Source: a virus. From it: DNA of 64,000 nucleotides. Below are positions 1-9,809 of the stretch, one piece after another. Location of the stretch: the IMG/VR virus record IMGVR_UViG_3300027977_000027, positions 9,021-73,020 of that record; one strand, 5' to 3'. Both the position numbers and the translations under genes were made by a program. The notes beneath the pieces were generated by a model, which made no database searches, was not told the origin of the DNA, and saw only the letters and a list, made by a program, of their open reading frames with translations. How positions within the stretch are numbered: position 1 is the first letter of the stretch; each line of letters begins with the position of its first letter.

Positions 1-2
1 GT

Positions 3-980
3 GAAAAGAAAAGATGGGCTGCTGCCGTAAGACAATACATGGGTCTTTCTCCAAAAGAATACCGTAAGTTGTTGGTTGAAAACTCTAACACCGTTGAGCA
101 ATTGATGTGTGCTAATGAGTGGTCAGCTATTCAATACTCTAAGTTGCCTTCTAAGGCTATGAGCGACTTGATGAAAGCGTTCACAAAACATGACAAAGAA
201 AGATTTGCTGCTTACTTAGAAAGAGTAAACAAAGGGGAAGCCAAGATTAATGCTGGTGCTGTATATCCATACGACATTGTGAAAAACTTAAGATTTGGTG
301 ACAAGTCTGGGGCTAACGCACAATGGAATGCTCTTCCTAATTACCTTGAAGGTAGCAAGGAAAGATTTCTACCAGTAGTTGACGTGTCTGGTTCCATGTC
401 ATGCCCAGCTGGTAACAACCCTAACGTTACTTGTATGGATGTTGCAATCTCTTTGGGATTGTATATTTCAGAAAGAAACGTTGGTCCCTTCAAGGATGCG
501 TTTGTTACCTTCTCAAGCGACCCTAAATTGCAAGTACTTAGCGGTAATTTGCAAGAGAGATTTAACCAACTTGCTAGAGCTGACTGGGGCATGTCAACCA
601 ATGTTGAATCGGTATTCCGTTTGATACTTGACAAAGCGAAAGCTTCTAATGTATCAGAAGAAGAAATGCCAACCATGATTCTGATTATGTCAGACATGGA
701 GTTCAACGCTGGAACTCGTGGTAACTGGAGCCTTAGCGCTCAGCAAATGTTCGAAAGAATGTACGCTGAAGCTGGCTACAAAATGCCTAAAGTTGTTTAC
801 TGGAACATTCACTCTAAAAGTGATAACTTCCCAGTACACTTTGACAAGAGTGGCAGTGCGCTTGTGTCTGGTTTCAGCCCAGCGTTGTTAACCAACTTGT
901 TGGGTGGTAAAGATTTGACACCAGTATCTATGATGCTGGATGTTATCAACTCAGCACGTTACTCTGCGGTAACAGTCTAA
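3..980 (+). CDS. DUF2828-type TROVE/Ro60-related vWA protein (5' end outside the window)
   Basis: Frame is open from position 3 (EKKRWAAAVRQYM...); MIDAS-like VVDVSGSM, ILIMSDMEF and C-terminal SGFSP motifs. Confidence 0.75.
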   Translation, partial: EKKRWAAAVRQYMGLSPKEYRKLLVENSNTVEQLMCANEWSAIQYSKLPSKAMSDLMKAFTKHDKERFAAYLERVNKGEAKINAGAVYPYDIVKNLRFGDKSGANAQWNALPNYLEGSKERFLPVVDVSGSMSCPAGNNPNVTCMDVAISLGLYISERNVGPFKDAFVTFSSDPKLQVLSGNLQERFNQLARADWGMSTNVESVFRLILDKAKASNVSEEEMPTMILIMSDMEFNAGTRGNWSLSAQQMFERMYAEAGYKMPKVVYWNIHSKSDNFPVHFDKSGSALVSGFSPALLTNLLGGKDLTPVSMMLDVINSARYSAVTV

Positions 981-984
981 TTTC

Positions 985-1023
985 AAAGGGGTTTGAGTCG
1001 CATAGCGTCTCAGCCCCTTTTTT
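985..1023 (+). terminator. Intrinsic terminator
   Basis: aaaggggtttgag...ctcagccccttt hairpin followed by a T run. Confidence 0.7.
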
Positions 1024-1035
1024 GTGTTCATAATA

Positions 1036-1164
1036 AAGGTGTATTCTGCAAAAAGAAAACCACAATTATTAATGTTCAACTATCAATGTAGGAGCCGCTT
1101 CCTCTATTTTTTTTAAGCGGTAAAACTTCAAAACAGGGTTAGAAGTAAAAGCCCCAACACTTTG
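1036..1164 (+). ncRNA. Candidate Y-RNA-like ncRNA, copy 1
   Basis: Terminal stem aaggtgt/acacttt, TTCTGCAA after the 5' strand, internal ccgctt/aagcgg hairpin; lies directly after the Ro-like gene. Confidence 0.5.
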
Positions 1165-1180
1165 ATTGAGCACAAAAAGG

Positions 1181-1202
1181 AAGCCCCAGAAATGGGGTTT
1201 TC
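1181..1202 (+). terminator. Intrinsic terminator
   Basis: aagcccca-gaaa-tggggtttt. Confidence 0.7.
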
Positions 1203-1248
1203 TTATTTTTACTATTTACACTTATTTTTAAAATACTTAAATTTGGGT

Positions 1249-1503
1249 ATGAAAAAAATAGTAATAAAAGAAATCGACAGACTTAATAGCACTGTCCACA
1301 AACCAAAATCAATATCTGAGTATTTAATCTATGTTATGTTAGATGATGTAAAGTTAAAAGCGTATACTGAGATAGGTGAAGCTGCTAAAAAAGAAAGAGT
1401 AAACGAACTGTTGCTTACTCATTTTATAACAGAACAAAATAACAAAATAAATACTCAAGACATGATACAAGAAATGTCTTTGGAAGAAATTAAAAAAATG
1501 TAA
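1249..1503 (+). CDS. Hypothetical protein
   Basis: ORF; ATG at 1249 preferred because the upstream part overlaps a terminator. Confidence 0.55.
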   Translation: MKKIVIKEIDRLNSTVHKPKSISEYLIYVMLDDVKLKAYTEIGEAAKKERVNELLLTHFITEQNNKINTQDMIQEMSLEEIKKM

Positions 1504-1505
1504 TT

Positions 1506-1550
1506 ATGGAAAACAATTATCCTTTGGTTCTAGTGTTTTATTTACTCTAA
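1506..1550 (+). pseudogene. Orphan 5' fragment of the 2740..3105 gene
   Basis: MENNYPLVLVFYLL* versus MENCKFPLVIVFYLD at 2740. Confidence 0.7.
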
Positions 1551-2327
1551 TTTGTTACGTTTAATATCCCTATTTATTTTGCTACACAATGGTTGTAAAT
1601 TAGTATAATGATTTAATCTAATGACATCTTCTTCAGTGATTGCTGTTGAAGTTGGAATTATGTGGTCAATATCCCAACCATAATTAAATTCACCATTATA
1701 TTTACCATGATTATCCCAGTTCATCCATGGCTCAAAGTTTGATTCCAAATGAGTTTTTAATACTTCAAACGAACAACCTAAAATATCTATCGTTTTACAT
1801 TCTTTAACGAAACCATTTCGCTTAATCATAGACCTAAAAGCATTTCTAATATTGACTTTTAGTTTAAATAGTGGGTCTGAAGAATATTTTTTAGTAAACC
1901 AAGTGTTAATTTTTTCTCTATTTTCTTGTCTATATTTATTTGCATAATCTAATGTGTATTTTTTATTTTCCGCCCTCCATTTTTTCTGTTGCTCACTAAT
2001 TAACTCTTTATTTTCTTCTCTGTATTTCTTTAATCTTTCTTTTTCTTTAGCTAAAAACTCATCATTATTTCTATAGTTTTTACTATAAGTTTTTCTATAC
2101 TCAATATTATTTTCTAACCAAATTTTATGTTTTTTATTTATCTCTTCTTTGTTTAAAAAATAATATTTTTTATTGTAGTTTCTTTTTTGTTCTATATTTT
2201 CTAAATAGTTTTCTTTAACACATAATTTACAATAGTTTTTATAACCATCTTTCTGTGCCTTATTTCTACCAAATTCTGTCAATGGTTTAGTAAGTTTACA
2301 TCTACTACAACGCTTATTTTCCATCAT
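1542..2327 (-). CDS. HNH homing endonuclease
   Basis: N-terminal CxxC..CxxC; C-terminal WDIDHIIP...NHYTNLQPLCSKIN. Confidence 0.85.
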   Translation of the reverse strand: MMENKRCSRCKLTKPLTEFGRNKAQKDGYKNYCKLCVKENYLENIEQKRNYNKKYYFLNKEEINKKHKIWLENNIEYRKTYSKNYRNNDEFLAKEKERLKKYREENKELISEQQKKWRAENKKYTLDYANKYRQENREKINTWFTKKYSSDPLFKLKVNIRNAFRSMIKRNGFVKECKTIDILGCSFEVLKTHLESNFEPWMNWDNHGKYNGEFNYGWDIDHIIPTSTAITEEDVIRLNHYTNLQPLCSKINRDIKRNKLE

Positions 2328-2475
2328 TTAAAGAATTAAAACGCTGCTCCAACAACCAGTTGATTAATTTGGATTTATTAACATCTTCTATAACCATCTT
2401 ATCGTAATTTTCGATGGATATGGTAACACTGAGTTTACCTTTCTTTTCTTCTAGTGATTTTGATTTTCTTCCCAT
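2314..2475 (-). CDS. Small ribbon-helix-helix-like protein (53 aa, not in ORF track)
   Basis: MGRKSKSLEEKKGKLSVTISIENYDKMVIEDVNKSKLINWLLEQRF; overlaps the HNH start. Confidence 0.65.
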   Translation of the reverse strand: MGRKSKSLEEKKGKLSVTISIENYDKMVIEDVNKSKLINWLLEQRFNSLNDGK

Positions 2476-2532
2476 ATTAGTATGTATTTATACTAATAAA
2501 TATCTGTAAATAATAAAAAAGTAATAATTTTA

Positions 2533-2658
2533 TTACTTTTTTGAAAAATATTTTGTTAGCAATAAATCAATTAGTTTAGATTTATTGAAATTACCGTCAT
2601 CCAGTTTTTTGATTATTTCTGGTGATAAAGCGATTGTGATAATTTTATATTCTTTCAT
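2533..2658 (-). CDS. Small ribbon-helix-helix-like protein (41 aa, not in ORF track)
   Basis: MKEYKIITIALSPEIIKKLDDGNFNKSKLIDLLLTKYFSKK; shares NKSKLIxxLL with its neighbour. Confidence 0.6.
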   Translation of the reverse strand: MKEYKIITIALSPEIIKKLDDGNFNKSKLIDLLLTKYFSKK

Positions 2659-2739
2659 AGTTATAAATATAGATTAAAAATAAATACAAGTCAATACTTG
2701 ACTTTATAAAGGAGTTTTAGTATTATTGTGGTAAAAAAT

Positions 2740-3105
2740 ATGGAAAACTGTAAATTCCCTCTCGTTATTGTCTTTTACCTAGACAGCGAACTTATGAAAA
2801 ACCCACAAATCATAAAACCTTTTGCTGAATCTATTGATAAGATGTTAGCTTTTAAAAAAGCTAATGCGTTGGCTTTCTTTTTACCAACAAATGGTGAAGA
2901 ACGTGTTGAATGTATCAATCCAGTTACGGTTAAAGAAGAAGATATGGAAAAAGTAAATAAATTGATTCAAGACATCAAACAAAATTTCTCTATAGGTGTT
3001 GAAATGGATTTACCAGTTGATGAAGTTGTTGTTGAAGATGAAACCGAAGGAGGTAAACCATGTGATTGTGGAAGTAACCCAGATGGAAAATGTAAATGTG
3101 ATTAA
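2740..3105 (+). CDS. Hypothetical protein with Cys-rich C-terminus
   Basis: ORF ending CDCGSNPDGKCKCD. Confidence 0.7.
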   Translation: MENCKFPLVIVFYLDSELMKNPQIIKPFAESIDKMLAFKKANALAFFLPTNGEERVECINPVTVKEEDMEKVNKLIQDIKQNFSIGVEMDLPVDEVVVEDETEGGKPCDCGSNPDGKCKCD

Positions 3106-3106
3106 T

Positions 3107-3295
3107 ATGAACCATCAAGAAAAAGCAATTTTATATGATAATTGCATTCGTGAAAGCGATAGACTTCAGAGAGAAAACTCTAAATTAAAATCAGAATATG
3201 TCGCTAATATACCGCCACATATAGAGAAACAAATAAAAAACAATGATGCTAGAATTGCCGTACTTGTTGCTAGACTAGAAAGTCTTTTTAAGTAA
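3107..3295 (+). CDS. Hypothetical coiled-coil protein
   Basis: ATG directly after the previous stop codon. Confidence 0.6.
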   Translation: MNHQEKAILYDNCIRESDRLQRENSKLKSEYVANIPPHIEKQIKNNDARIAVLVARLESLFK

Positions 3296-3298
3296 ACA

Positions 3299-3976
3299 AT
3301 GGATAAATCTAATATTTTAGCTTTCTTAAATAGACATTACAGAATCGAAAACGATTCTTTTTTTGATATTACGTTAGATAAAAAAGTTTATGGTTCTGAC
3401 ATATTGGAACATTTGAATGTGGTGTTTTCAATAGACGAAAACATAAACAAAGAATTAATAAAGGAATGGGCGTTAAAAACAATAACATTAGAAACCTTTC
3501 AAGAAAATTGGGAATTCAATAGACCTATTCCAGAGGTTGGTAGATATGAATTAAAAAGAATGAATAGATTTATAATAACATTTCCAGAACACTTCAACAT
3601 ACCACAATGGGTTGCTCTTGAAACATCTAGACCATCAGCTAGATTAATAACGAAAGATATTTTAGGTTTTAAATTGTTTAAGAAATTTGTTTGGGATGAT
3701 ATGATTATAAAAATGAGAGACCCAATTGGCCCATCAACATCACAATCTCTTATGGATTTAATTCATAAAAGTTTATATGAAAAAAAACAAATAATCAAAG
3801 ATAAATTTGATTTAAAATTAGAAATGCTTGACCCAGTAGGTCATGTTGTTGAAAAGTGGGCTCTTTCTAATTGTGAATTTAAATCTATCCATTTTGGTGA
3901 ACTATCTTACCAAATAGACGACCCAGTTGTTTGCTCTTTAGTAATTAAATTAGGTGATGTAGTACTTGAATATTAA
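3299..3976 (+). CDS. Protein with C-terminal T4 gp19-like tail-tube domain
   Basis: NRFIITFP...RPS...RDPIGPSTSQ...LEMLDPVGHVVEKW...FGELSY resembles myovirus tube proteins. Confidence 0.6.
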   Translation: MDKSNILAFLNRHYRIENDSFFDITLDKKVYGSDILEHLNVVFSIDENINKELIKEWALKTITLETFQENWEFNRPIPEVGRYELKRMNRFIITFPEHFNIPQWVALETSRPSARLITKDILGFKLFKKFVWDDMIIKMRDPIGPSTSQSLMDLIHKSLYEKKQIIKDKFDLKLEMLDPVGHVVEKWALSNCEFKSIHFGELSYQIDDPVVCSLVIKLGDVVLEY

Positions 3977-4629
3977 GGTCTAGTGCTACGTCTTCTTATT
4001 TTGGTATAAGGCCAATTTGTCTTATTGTGTATCAAGTCGTACATTCTACCTATATTAGCTTTACTGGCGGTACCCATAAACATAAGGCTTTTTATCTTTT
4101 GTTTTTTCGCTATTTTTGCTAATGTATGATGTAGCCTTTGAGCGTCTTCCATATTTTTACATAAAACCATATCAAATTGGTCTTCATTGTATATGATTAA
4201 TTTATTGTATACAACAATAATTTGCTTTACCATTTTTTTAGCGTGGGCCCCAGCAACCAACCTCTTAACAACTTCTTTTATTGTTGGTCTTTCTTTTTTT
4301 GGGTTAAAACCGTATATCCAAAATGTTTCCTCTATTTGATATTCATCTGAATGTAGGATGGTCCAATCACCCAAAGGTGGTTCTATATATGTTCTTCCAA
4401 AGTCATCCCTAAGAGTTCTAAATGTGTCTGTTTCTTCAGTTGGTTTTGTTACACATATTTGATACTTAACTGGTTTTATACCTTTTGTATTAATAAACTT
4501 TTGTGGAAACATCACTATATTTTCACCTTTTATTCTATGAAAATTAATGAATGCGGTTTCCCTAGTTCTACATCTATGTAGAGTTTTCTTGTAAATACCG
4601 TTTGCTATTAAAACTACTCTATATTCCAC
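3973..4629 (-). CDS. Hypothetical protein
   Basis: 218 aa ORF. Confidence 0.7.
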   Translation of the reverse strand: MEYRVVLIANGIYKKTLHRCRTRETAFINFHRIKGENIVMFPQKFINTKGIKPVKYQICVTKPTEETDTFRTLRDDFGRTYIEPPLGDWTILHSDEYQIEETFWIYGFNPKKERPTIKEVVKRLVAGAHAKKMVKQIIVVYNKLIIYNEDQFDMVLCKNMEDAQRLHHTLAKIAKKQKIKSLMFMGTASKANIGRMYDLIHNKTNWPYTKIRRRSTRP

Positions 4630-4686
4630 GATTTATTTGGATTGTTAAATAAATTTACGTATCTTTACAAAAAAATAAATACCAAT

Positions 4687-5667
4687 ATGTTTAGAAAAGA
4701 CTATTACGAAATACTTGGCGTAACAAAAGAAGCTTCAGCTGAAGAAATAAAGAAAGCTTATAGGGATTTGGCAAAGAAATGGCACCCTGACAAAAACCAT
4801 AACAATGCAGAAGCTGAAGAAAAGTTTAAAGAAATATCTGAAGCGTATGAAACATTATCAGATACGGTTAAAAAACACAAATACGATAATAATGACCGTT
4901 TTTCTGGTTTTAATTTTGATTTCTCAAGCATGGGTCGTCAAAGACCTATGAGAGTTGGGGAAAATATTAAGTTAAATTTAAAACTTACATTGGAAGAAAT
5001 ATTTTCTGGTGTTAAAAAATCATACAAATATAAAAGAAAAGATAGTTGTTCCTCATGCGATGGTCATGGCGGTAGTGATTCTCAAACTTGTCCAAGCTGT
5101 AACGGCACTGGAGCCGTTGTTCAAATATTTAACACACCTATAGGTCAAATTAGACAAGCCATGGAGTGTCCAACTTGCAATGGCTCTGGTCAAACGTATA
5201 AGGATAAATGTAACGTATGTAATGGTGAAAGTGTAAAATTGGTTGAAGAAACGATTGAGCTAGAGATACCATATGGCGTTGCTGATGGGGCTACATTTGT
5301 CATGGGTGGCAAAGGTAATGCAATTAAAAGTGGTAGACACGGTGATTTATATTTTGTGGTAAATGAGTTGCCACACCATAGGTTTGTTAGAGATGGAAAC
5401 AATTTAAAAATTAATTTAAAGCTATCGTACCCACAACTAGTATTGGGTGATAAGGTTGCAGTTGAAACAATTGATGGTAACAAAATTAGAGTTAATATAC
5501 CAGAGTACAGCCAATTAGATTCTAATTTAAAAGTTGTTGGTAAAGGAATGACTGAATTTAGAAGTGGTAATCGTGGTGATATGATAATAAATTTAGGGAT
5601 AACAATACCTAAGAAGATTGATGATGAGACTAAAGAACTCTTGGAAAAATTAAAGACTAAAATTTAA
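4687..5667 (+). CDS. dnaJ: DnaJ chaperone
   Basis: J domain with HPD, four CxxCxGxG-type repeats, C-terminal substrate-binding domain. Confidence 0.95.
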   Translation: MFRKDYYEILGVTKEASAEEIKKAYRDLAKKWHPDKNHNNAEAEEKFKEISEAYETLSDTVKKHKYDNNDRFSGFNFDFSSMGRQRPMRVGENIKLNLKLTLEEIFSGVKKSYKYKRKDSCSSCDGHGGSDSQTCPSCNGTGAVVQIFNTPIGQIRQAMECPTCNGSGQTYKDKCNVCNGESVKLVEETIELEIPYGVADGATFVMGGKGNAIKSGRHGDLYFVVNELPHHRFVRDGNNLKINLKLSYPQLVLGDKVAVETIDGNKIRVNIPEYSQLDSNLKVVGKGMTEFRSGNRGDMIINLGITIPKKIDDETKELLEKLKTKI

Positions 5668-5742
5668 TATGCTACTTGCATGTCTCAAAATTATGCAGTA
5701 GATTTGCAACAAGAATAACAAAAAAAATTAAAAACAAAATTT

Positions 5743-6177
5743 ATGGCTAAGTACGAAGAACCTTTTGAGGACACACAATCACTATTTAACGAAGTTATTG
5801 AAACAACTGGGTTAAACAACTACATGAACATTAATGTTCTTGCTGATAACAAAGCAAAAGACATTTTTAAAGTTAACAAATCTAATGAACTTCTTAAGTA
5901 CAGAACTGGTGACGATGTTAACATTATTTTAAATGAAAGTATTTTTGACAAATTAACTAACGAACAGAAACGAATCGTTGTTGAGGAAGCGATTGCTTAT
6001 ATCTCTTTTGATAGTGAAAAGGATAAAGTAATCATCACCAAACCAGACTTTATAGCTCACAGCGGTATTTTGCGTAAACACACCTTCAACACTGTTGAGG
6101 TTGTAAGAGAATCTGTTAAAACTCTTTATCAAGCTCAAGAACAAGAAGAAGAAGAAAACGTACAAACAACAAATTAA
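5743..6177 (+). CDS. Hypothetical phage protein (possible metallopeptidase-like fold)
   Basis: ORF with IILNE..FD.L...Q...KPDF pattern; no HExxH. Confidence 0.45.
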   Translation: MAKYEEPFEDTQSLFNEVIETTGLNNYMNINVLADNKAKDIFKVNKSNELLKYRTGDDVNIILNESIFDKLTNEQKRIVVEEAIAYISFDSEKDKVIITKPDFIAHSGILRKHTFNTVEVVRESVKTLYQAQEQEEEENVQTTN

Positions 6178-6178
6178 A

Positions 6179-6436
6179 ATGACTGTAGAAGAAATACAAG
6201 AAATAAATCCAGAAGCATTAATTTGTGATGGATTTGATGAAGCAATAATAGGCATGGCTGAGAGAATTAATCTCGGCCCTGTCGTTGCTTACAGTTTTGA
6301 AAAAATACTAGACATACTAATCAATAGAGATGGAATGACATATGAAGAAGCTATTGAATATTATGAATATAATATTGTTGGTGCTTGGATGGGTGAATTC
6401 ACACCTGTATTTATAACAAATTATCAAAATTATTAA
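6179..6436 (+). CDS. Conserved hypothetical phage protein
   Basis: DGFDEAIIG...EEAIEYYEYNIVGAW.G..TP. Confidence 0.7.
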   Translation: MTVEEIQEINPEALICDGFDEAIIGMAERINLGPVVAYSFEKILDILINRDGMTYEEAIEYYEYNIVGAWMGEFTPVFITNYQNY

Positions 6437-6673
6437 ATGAAAGGATTATTATTTAACATGTTGAGGACTCAATTAGAATCTCAACGAAGCAAAGCTTTGC
6501 TAACACTACATTTACTAGCCAATCATTCAGTTGGAATTGGTGACCATTCAACTGGGGATTATTATAAAAATGCTGATGAAGCATTAACCATGTTGGCTGA
6601 AGCTAATGATAAACTTGAAACACTAGCTAAGTATGTAGAATCAGAAAGTGCAAAGTATTCAACAGAATGTTAA
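6437..6673 (+). CDS. Hypothetical phage protein
   Basis: VGIGDH motif; packed against neighbours. Confidence 0.65.
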   Translation: MKGLLFNMLRTQLESQRSKALLTLHLLANHSVGIGDHSTGDYYKNADEALTMLAEANDKLETLAKYVESESAKYSTEC

Positions 6674-6704
6674 CTAACTAAAGAACAATAAAAATATAAT
6701 ACAA

Positions 6705-7400
6705 ATGAATATCGCAAACGAGTTTAAAGATTATGCTATAAAGCATATGGGTGTTTCATCGCTGAATTTTTACCATTGGGAACAGCTTCAAGAAAAGCTG
6801 TATGGTTCCAGTGCTTCGCTGACACCATATATTTTGGAAGAAAGAGAAATGCGTGTAACACAGATGGATATTTTTTCCAGAATGATGATTGACCGCATTA
6901 TATGGTTAGCTGGACCAGTTAATGATAGAATGAGTACCGTTGTTCAAGCACAACTTATGTTTTTGGATAACTTAGAAACAAAAGATATTACTTTGCATGT
7001 TGATAGTCCAGGTGGTTCTGTAAAGTCTGGCTTGTCTATCGTAGATGTTATGGATTATGTTGCGTCTGATATTGTAACTATAAACACTGGTATGGCTGCA
7101 AGCATGGGTAGTGTTTTGCTAGGTTCTGGAACCAAAGGAAAGCGCTATAGCTTACGTTTCAGTAGAGTTATGTTACATCAAGTATCTGGAGGTGCTGAAG
7201 GGAACATTCAAGATATTCGTATTAGTTTAGCTGAAGCTGAAAAATACAATGAACTTCTTTTTGGTCTTCTTGGTAAATATACAGATAAAGACCCAAAACA
7301 AGTTATGGATGACGCTAGCCGTGATAAATGGCTAAATTCAGATGAAGCTCTTGCTTATGGAATAATAGACAATGTTATAACGAATAAAAAGAAAAAATAA
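6705..7400 (+). CDS. clpP: Clp protease proteolytic subunit
   Basis: DIFSRM..DRII, SPGGSV, AASMGS (catalytic Ser), MLHQ, YGIID. Confidence 0.95.
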   Translation: MNIANEFKDYAIKHMGVSSLNFYHWEQLQEKLYGSSASLTPYILEEREMRVTQMDIFSRMMIDRIIWLAGPVNDRMSTVVQAQLMFLDNLETKDITLHVDSPGGSVKSGLSIVDVMDYVASDIVTINTGMAASMGSVLLGSGTKGKRYSLRFSRVMLHQVSGGAEGNIQDIRISLAEAEKYNELLFGLLGKYTDKDPKQVMDDASRDKWLNSDEALAYGIIDNVITNKKKK

Positions 7401-7513
7401 TTTCTAAACGTACTTGCATTTTTAAAAATGATTTAGTACCTTTGCAATAGAGATAGAGATATGTGGTCTTTTTTAATAGGCCACATATTTATATCATACG
7501 TTCTTTAACTTAT

Positions 7514-7870
7514 GGGGATATAAAGGTATTGACTGAATATAGTCGTAATTGGTAAGCATGTAGTGCTAGATGGAAGCACTTTAATCTCGCTATTAACACT
7601 TTTAGATGGCAACGATTTTGTTGTATCCGAAAATTTCCTTACCGAAGCTGCTTGCAGTTTCGCTGGAGAGCTTGCTGTAGCCTAATATAGCTGATAGTGA
7701 TAATTCACTTCATCGTGGTATGTTCCACGGCATGATGGTAGACCATTAGGGTCTCTTGATTTCCTTCACAAATAATCAAGATATTTTGTTTCGTTAGAAA
7801 ATGAGACTAAACATGTAGAAAGTCTTTCAAGAGTATTCAACACATGGGTTCGATTCCCATTATCTCCACC
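7514..7870 (+). ncRNA. ssrA: tmRNA
   Basis: 5' GGGGATA...GGTATTGAC; 3' GGTTCGATTCCC-ATTATCTCCACC with G3:U70; tag frame 7608..7685 GNDFVVSENFLTEAACSFAGELAVA*. Confidence 0.9.
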
Positions 7871-7917
7871 GTTGACTTTTTTGTACCTTGCCGTATATTT
7901 ATAATAAAAATAGATAT

Positions 7918-8745
7918 ATGGCAAGAAAAGAAAAAACGATACATTACTTATATAAAACAACTTGTTTAATAACTGGTAGGTGGTATGTAGGGATGCACAG
8001 TACATGTAACATGGATGATGGTTATATGGGTAGTGGAAAACGATTACGACATAGTATACGTAAGTATGGTGTTGATAATCATGTTAAAGAAATATTAGAG
8101 TTCTTTGATAATAGAGAAGACTTAGCAAAACGTGAAACAGAAGTTGTTAATTACAAGTTGATTAAAGAAGAGTTTTGTATGAATTTAACAACTGGTGGTT
8201 TAGGTGCTGGTTTTATGGATGAAGAACATATGTTAAAATGTTCTAAAGCTGGTAATAAAGCTTTTAAAGAAAAATTATTAAATGATGAAGTTTTTCGAGA
8301 TAAGTTTATAAAAACAAAAAGCGATTTTTCAAAAAAAGCTATGATTGATGGAAGACTTAAATCAATTAATAAATCTTATGATTGGACTGGTAAAAAACAT
8401 TCAGACCAAACTAAGCAAAGAATCTCTGAATTAAAAATAGGGACTGGAACTGGTGAAACAAATAGTCAATACGGTACATGTTGGATTACAAAAGATGGTG
8501 TAAATAAAAAAATAAAAAAAGAAGATATTGAGACCTATCTAAACGAAGGGTGGGTTAAAGGAAGATACGCTAATATAAAAGGTGAGTTAGTTAAAAATAG
8601 TAAATTATCAAATGATGATGTTATTAAAATAAAAGAAATGTTAGATAAGAAAGAATTATCACAAAGTAAAATTAGTAAAATTTTTAACGTTCACCAAGAA
8701 ACTATAAGTAAAATTAAAAGATGTTTAATATATAAAGATATTTAA
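7918..8745 (+). CDS. GIY-YIG (Seg-like) homing endonuclease with NUMOD3 and HTH
   Basis: YLYKTT...WYVGMH...YMGSG; GKKHSDQTKQRIS; C-terminal HTH. Confidence 0.85.
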   Translation: MARKEKTIHYLYKTTCLITGRWYVGMHSTCNMDDGYMGSGKRLRHSIRKYGVDNHVKEILEFFDNREDLAKRETEVVNYKLIKEEFCMNLTTGGLGAGFMDEEHMLKCSKAGNKAFKEKLLNDEVFRDKFIKTKSDFSKKAMIDGRLKSINKSYDWTGKKHSDQTKQRISELKIGTGTGETNSQYGTCWITKDGVNKKIKKEDIETYLNEGWVKGRYANIKGELVKNSKLSNDDVIKIKEMLDKKELSQSKISKIFNVHQETISKIKRCLIYKDI

Positions 8746-8874
8746 TATTCTATAAACGATTCATTTATTAAACAAATATCACCAGATTTACATCCGATAC
8801 TTTATGCCACTGGGTGTAAAATAAAAACCCCCAGTAAATCGCTTTATTGGGGGTAATTTTGGTGTCCTTAACAC

Positions 8875-8973
8875 TTATTTACTAGGTGTTGGAGGAGTAG
8901 TTGTGGTTGTTGTTGTTGTTGTTTGGGTTGGGTTCGGCTTACCACATCCGCATCCGTTACTAACTGAGTTCAT
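8875..8973 (-). CDS. 32-aa GCGCG / Thr-rich peptide
   Basis: MNSVSNGCGCGKPNPTQTTTTTTTTTPPTPSK; upstream TATTTATA motif and downstream hairpin. Confidence 0.45.
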   Translation of the reverse strand: MNSVSNGCGCGKPNPTQTTTTTTTTTPPTPSK

Positions 8974-9049
8974 GTTCTTTGAATTTTATTGTGTGTTATT
9001 GTTGTATATAAATACTTGACTTAATAAAAATAAGACCTTATATTTTATT

Positions 9050-9265
9050 ATGTTTAAAACAAAGTATACGGTATCATTATTAGATAGTAAATGGAGTGTT
9101 GTTAAAAATAATGTGAAACTTTATGCACTACCAAGAAAAGATGAATATATTTTCTTTGATGGGTTGTATTATGAGGTTTTAAATGTTGTTCATTCTGTTG
9201 ATAATAAACATATAATTTATGTCATTATCAATGAAGTGCCTTACCAACATAAAACAAAAAATTAA
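9050..9265 (+). CDS. Hypothetical protein
   Basis: 71 aa ORF. Confidence 0.6.
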   Translation: MFKTKYTVSLLDSKWSVVKNNVKLYALPRKDEYIFFDGLYYEVLNVVHSVDNKHIIYVIINEVPYQHKTKN

Positions 9266-9357
9266 AATTTTTTTTTGATTTTACTTGACAACTGATGATT
9301 TTTTTCGTACCTTTGCATATATATTACTAAAGCGTTCATTAACATAAATTATCCAAA

Positions 9358-9593
9358 AAGATGGGTTCTGCAAACGAACTTAAAACTACAAATTGAGCAC
9401 AAAAAGTATGTAGGTCTTTTTAAAGTTCAGCTACTACAATAGGCTTGGCAACAGGACTAGTTTGTAGGAGTAACTTTAAGCTAAAACTACCATGGCGTAA
9501 GTCCATGTAAAAAAATACTTCATGACGGAGGTCATGTCAAAAAACTGCCAGGTAAACGGGAGTCCTGTAAAATAAATACGAACAGCCATCTTG
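9358..9593 (+). ncRNA. Candidate Y-RNA-like ncRNA, copy 2 (long)
   Basis: Terminal stem aagatgg/ccatctt with TTCTGCAA; inner helix acaggact(9451)/agtcctgt(9561); hairpins catgg/ccatg and catgac/gtcatg. Confidence 0.55.
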
Positions 9594-9601
9594 GGATAAA
9601 T

Positions 9602-9671
9602 AGAGGAATCGTCTAAGGAAAGACACCACCCGAATGGGGTGTTGATATGAGTGCAAGGCTCATTTCCCCTA
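9602..9671 (+). ncRNA. tRNA-like cloverleaf with non-canonical loops
   Basis: Acceptor agaggaa/ttcccct, D stem gtct/agac, T stem atgag/ctcat with loop TGCAAGG, anticodon loop CGAATGG. Confidence 0.55.
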
Positions 9672-9730
9672 CTAAAAAGAATCGAAACGTAATCCTTGAA
9701 ACACAAGTTGTTTCTTTTCTTAACTTATAT

Positions 9731-9805
9731 TGCGGGGTAGAGCAGTGGTAGCTCGCTAGGCTCATAACCTAGAGGTAGGTGGTTCGATTCCATCCCCCGC
9801 TACCA
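9731..9805 (+). tRNA. tRNA-Met(CAT), initiator-like
   Basis: Cloverleaf, loop CTCATAA, 1:72 mismatch, encoded CCA. Confidence 0.92.
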
Positions 9806-9809
9806 AAAA

